Part shown: one piece after another, positions 63,044-64,000 of the stretch
How the letters are laid out: the number at the start of each line of letters is the position of its first letter
Position numbering within the stretch: position 1 is the first letter of the stretch
DNA from: an uncultured Acidobacteriota bacterium
Lineage (GTDB): Bacteria > Acidobacteriota > Vicinamibacteria > Vicinamibacterales > 2-12-FULL-66-21
Reading direction: 5' to 3'
Length of the DNA: 64,000 nucleotides
Assembly (NCBI GenBank): GCA_963836665.1
Contig: CAWIKL010000002.1
Location: 276,878 to 340,877 of the forward strand
The notes under the pieces: model-generated
Told to the model about the DNA's origin: nothing
The model's database searches: none
What the model saw: the letters and a program-made list of their open reading frames with translations, nothing else
Program-made: the position numbers and the translations under genes

Positions 63044-64000
63044 TCAGCGCGACGCCTTCGACTGAAGCTCCAGCACGACGACGGTGTCGATCGGGTCGAG
63101 CTCCTTCGGCAGCGTCAGTACCGTTCCGAAGTCACCACTCTTGAACGGCACCGGCTGGCCGCCGCGGAGAAGCGTGGCGCTGCGTACGGCGGACGGCAAC
63201 GGCGGCAGCAGCAGCGACGCGTCAACGGCGTCGAGCACGTGCACGTAGACGCGATCCCCCTTCTTCGTCGTCACCCCCCAGGGATGCGGCGCGACCGGTC
63301 CGCCACGTGTCCCGTAAATCGACTCGCCATAGGTTGCAGTCCACTGCCCGACCTCCTGCAGCCGGCTGACGAACTCCGGCTGGATCTTGCCGTTGCTCAT
63401 GGGACCGACGTTGAGCAGGAAGTTGGCGTTGGCGCCGGCGGCGCGGACGAGATAGCGGATCAGATCCTTCGTCGACTTGTAACGCCGGTCGGTGAGGTTG
63501 AATCCCCACGCGCCGTTCATCGTCTCGCACGTCTCGAGCGGCAACTGGCCGATCTCCGAGTCGGTGTTGAAGCTCTGGCTGCGGCCACCCGGCAAGTCTT
63601 TCTCGAACATCTGGAAATCCTCGCCCGGGTTCGGATGGCGGTGATGGTTCGACCCGATCAGCGCAGCAGGCTGCAGCTGATGAATGAGGGAATAGGTCTT
63701 GTCCAGCTGCCAGTCAGCGTCGGGCTTGTCCCACCAGCCGTCAAACCAGATGCCGGCGACATCGCCGTAGTTGGTCAGCAGCTCGCGCAGCTGCGCGTTC
63801 ATATAGTCGAGATATGCCGGCCAGCTGCCGGTGTCGGGACGGCCGGCGTCGTGCCCGGTGTTGCCGCGCGGAAAATAGTCCGGGTTGTGCCAGTCGAGCT
63901 GCGAGTAGTAGAAAAAAATCTTGAGCCCCTGGCGGCGGCACTCTTCCGCGAGTGCCTTCAGCGGATCCTTCTTGTAGGGCGTGCGCGCGACGATGTTGTA
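63044..64000 (-). CDS. alpha-L-fucosidase (GH29), N-terminus beyond window end
   Basis: YGDVAGIWFDGWWDKPDADWQLDKTYSLIHQLQPAALIGSNHH...FEKDLPG...ETCETMNGAWGF. The frame stays open upstream of Met 63802 to the window edge (…KDPLKALAEECRRQGLKIFFYYSQLDWHNPDYFPRGNTG…). Confidence 0.85.
   Translation of the reverse strand, partial: YNIVARTPYKKDPLKALAEECRRQGLKIFFYYSQLDWHNPDYFPRGNTGHDAGRPDTGSWPAYLDYMNAQLRELLTNYGDVAGIWFDGWWDKPDADWQLDKTYSLIHQLQPAALIGSNHHRHPNPGEDFQMFEKDLPGGRSQSFNTDSEIGQLPLETCETMNGAWGFNLTDRRYKSTKDLIRYLVRAAGANANFLLNVGPMSNGKIQPEFVSRLQEVGQWTATYGESIYGTRGGPVAPHPWGVTTKKGDRVYVHVLDAVDASLLLPPLPSAVRSATLLRGGQPVPFKSGDFGTVLTLPKELDPIDTVVVLELQSKASR

Overview
High-GC bacterial chromosomal fragment with dense coding on both strands. 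The gene content suggests an Acidobacteriota-like organism: CarboxypepD_reg-type TonB receptor, an ECF sigma of the type often found next to Ser/Thr kinases plus such a kinase with a beta-propeller, DUF1080 and GH29. That placement is inference only.

The first ~16 kb is a conserved housekeeping block: AP-family phosphodiesterase, envC-like activator, ctpA-like S41 protease, tRNA-Val(GAC), thrS-infC-rpmI-rplT-pheS-pheT, zapB-like/zapA, a probable 6S RNA, rny, thiL and a DUF2062 protein.

Next come a 3D-domain protein, a GntR regulator with a heterodimeric ABC exporter pair, an outer-membrane barrel, two divergent GT-C-like membrane proteins, and an Slt-type lytic transglycosylase coupled to a repeat-rich coiled-coil protein. 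These are followed by a clear tmRNA, a ROK kinase, a TonB-dependent receptor, the kinase / haloperoxidase-like / ECF sigma group, and a ~10 kb accessory-looking block (40.8-50.7 kb). That block holds groESL, an OmpA-like lipoprotein, a PLC/AcpA phosphoesterase and two unknown small-protein families, each present as two diverged copies.

The last part carries amiC-GerMN-rph-rdgB, a 29-aa-repeat protein, a DinB protein, a LolA-like/BamA-like pair, an MFS transporter, a DUF1080 protein, an ECF sigma/anti-sigma pair and a truncated GH29 fucosidase.

I found no CRISPR array, transposase, integrase, prophage or recognisable defence system. The points most worth a second look are:
- the duplicated unknown families around groESL;
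- the 6S RNA candidate;
- a family of intergenic hairpins built from short tandem repeats;
- a relic duplication of the MFS 3' end that brackets the DUF1080 gene;
- a copy of the tmRNA 3' end just downstream of tmRNA;
- at least eight reading-frame breaks in six conserved genes, which are either real decay or assembly error.
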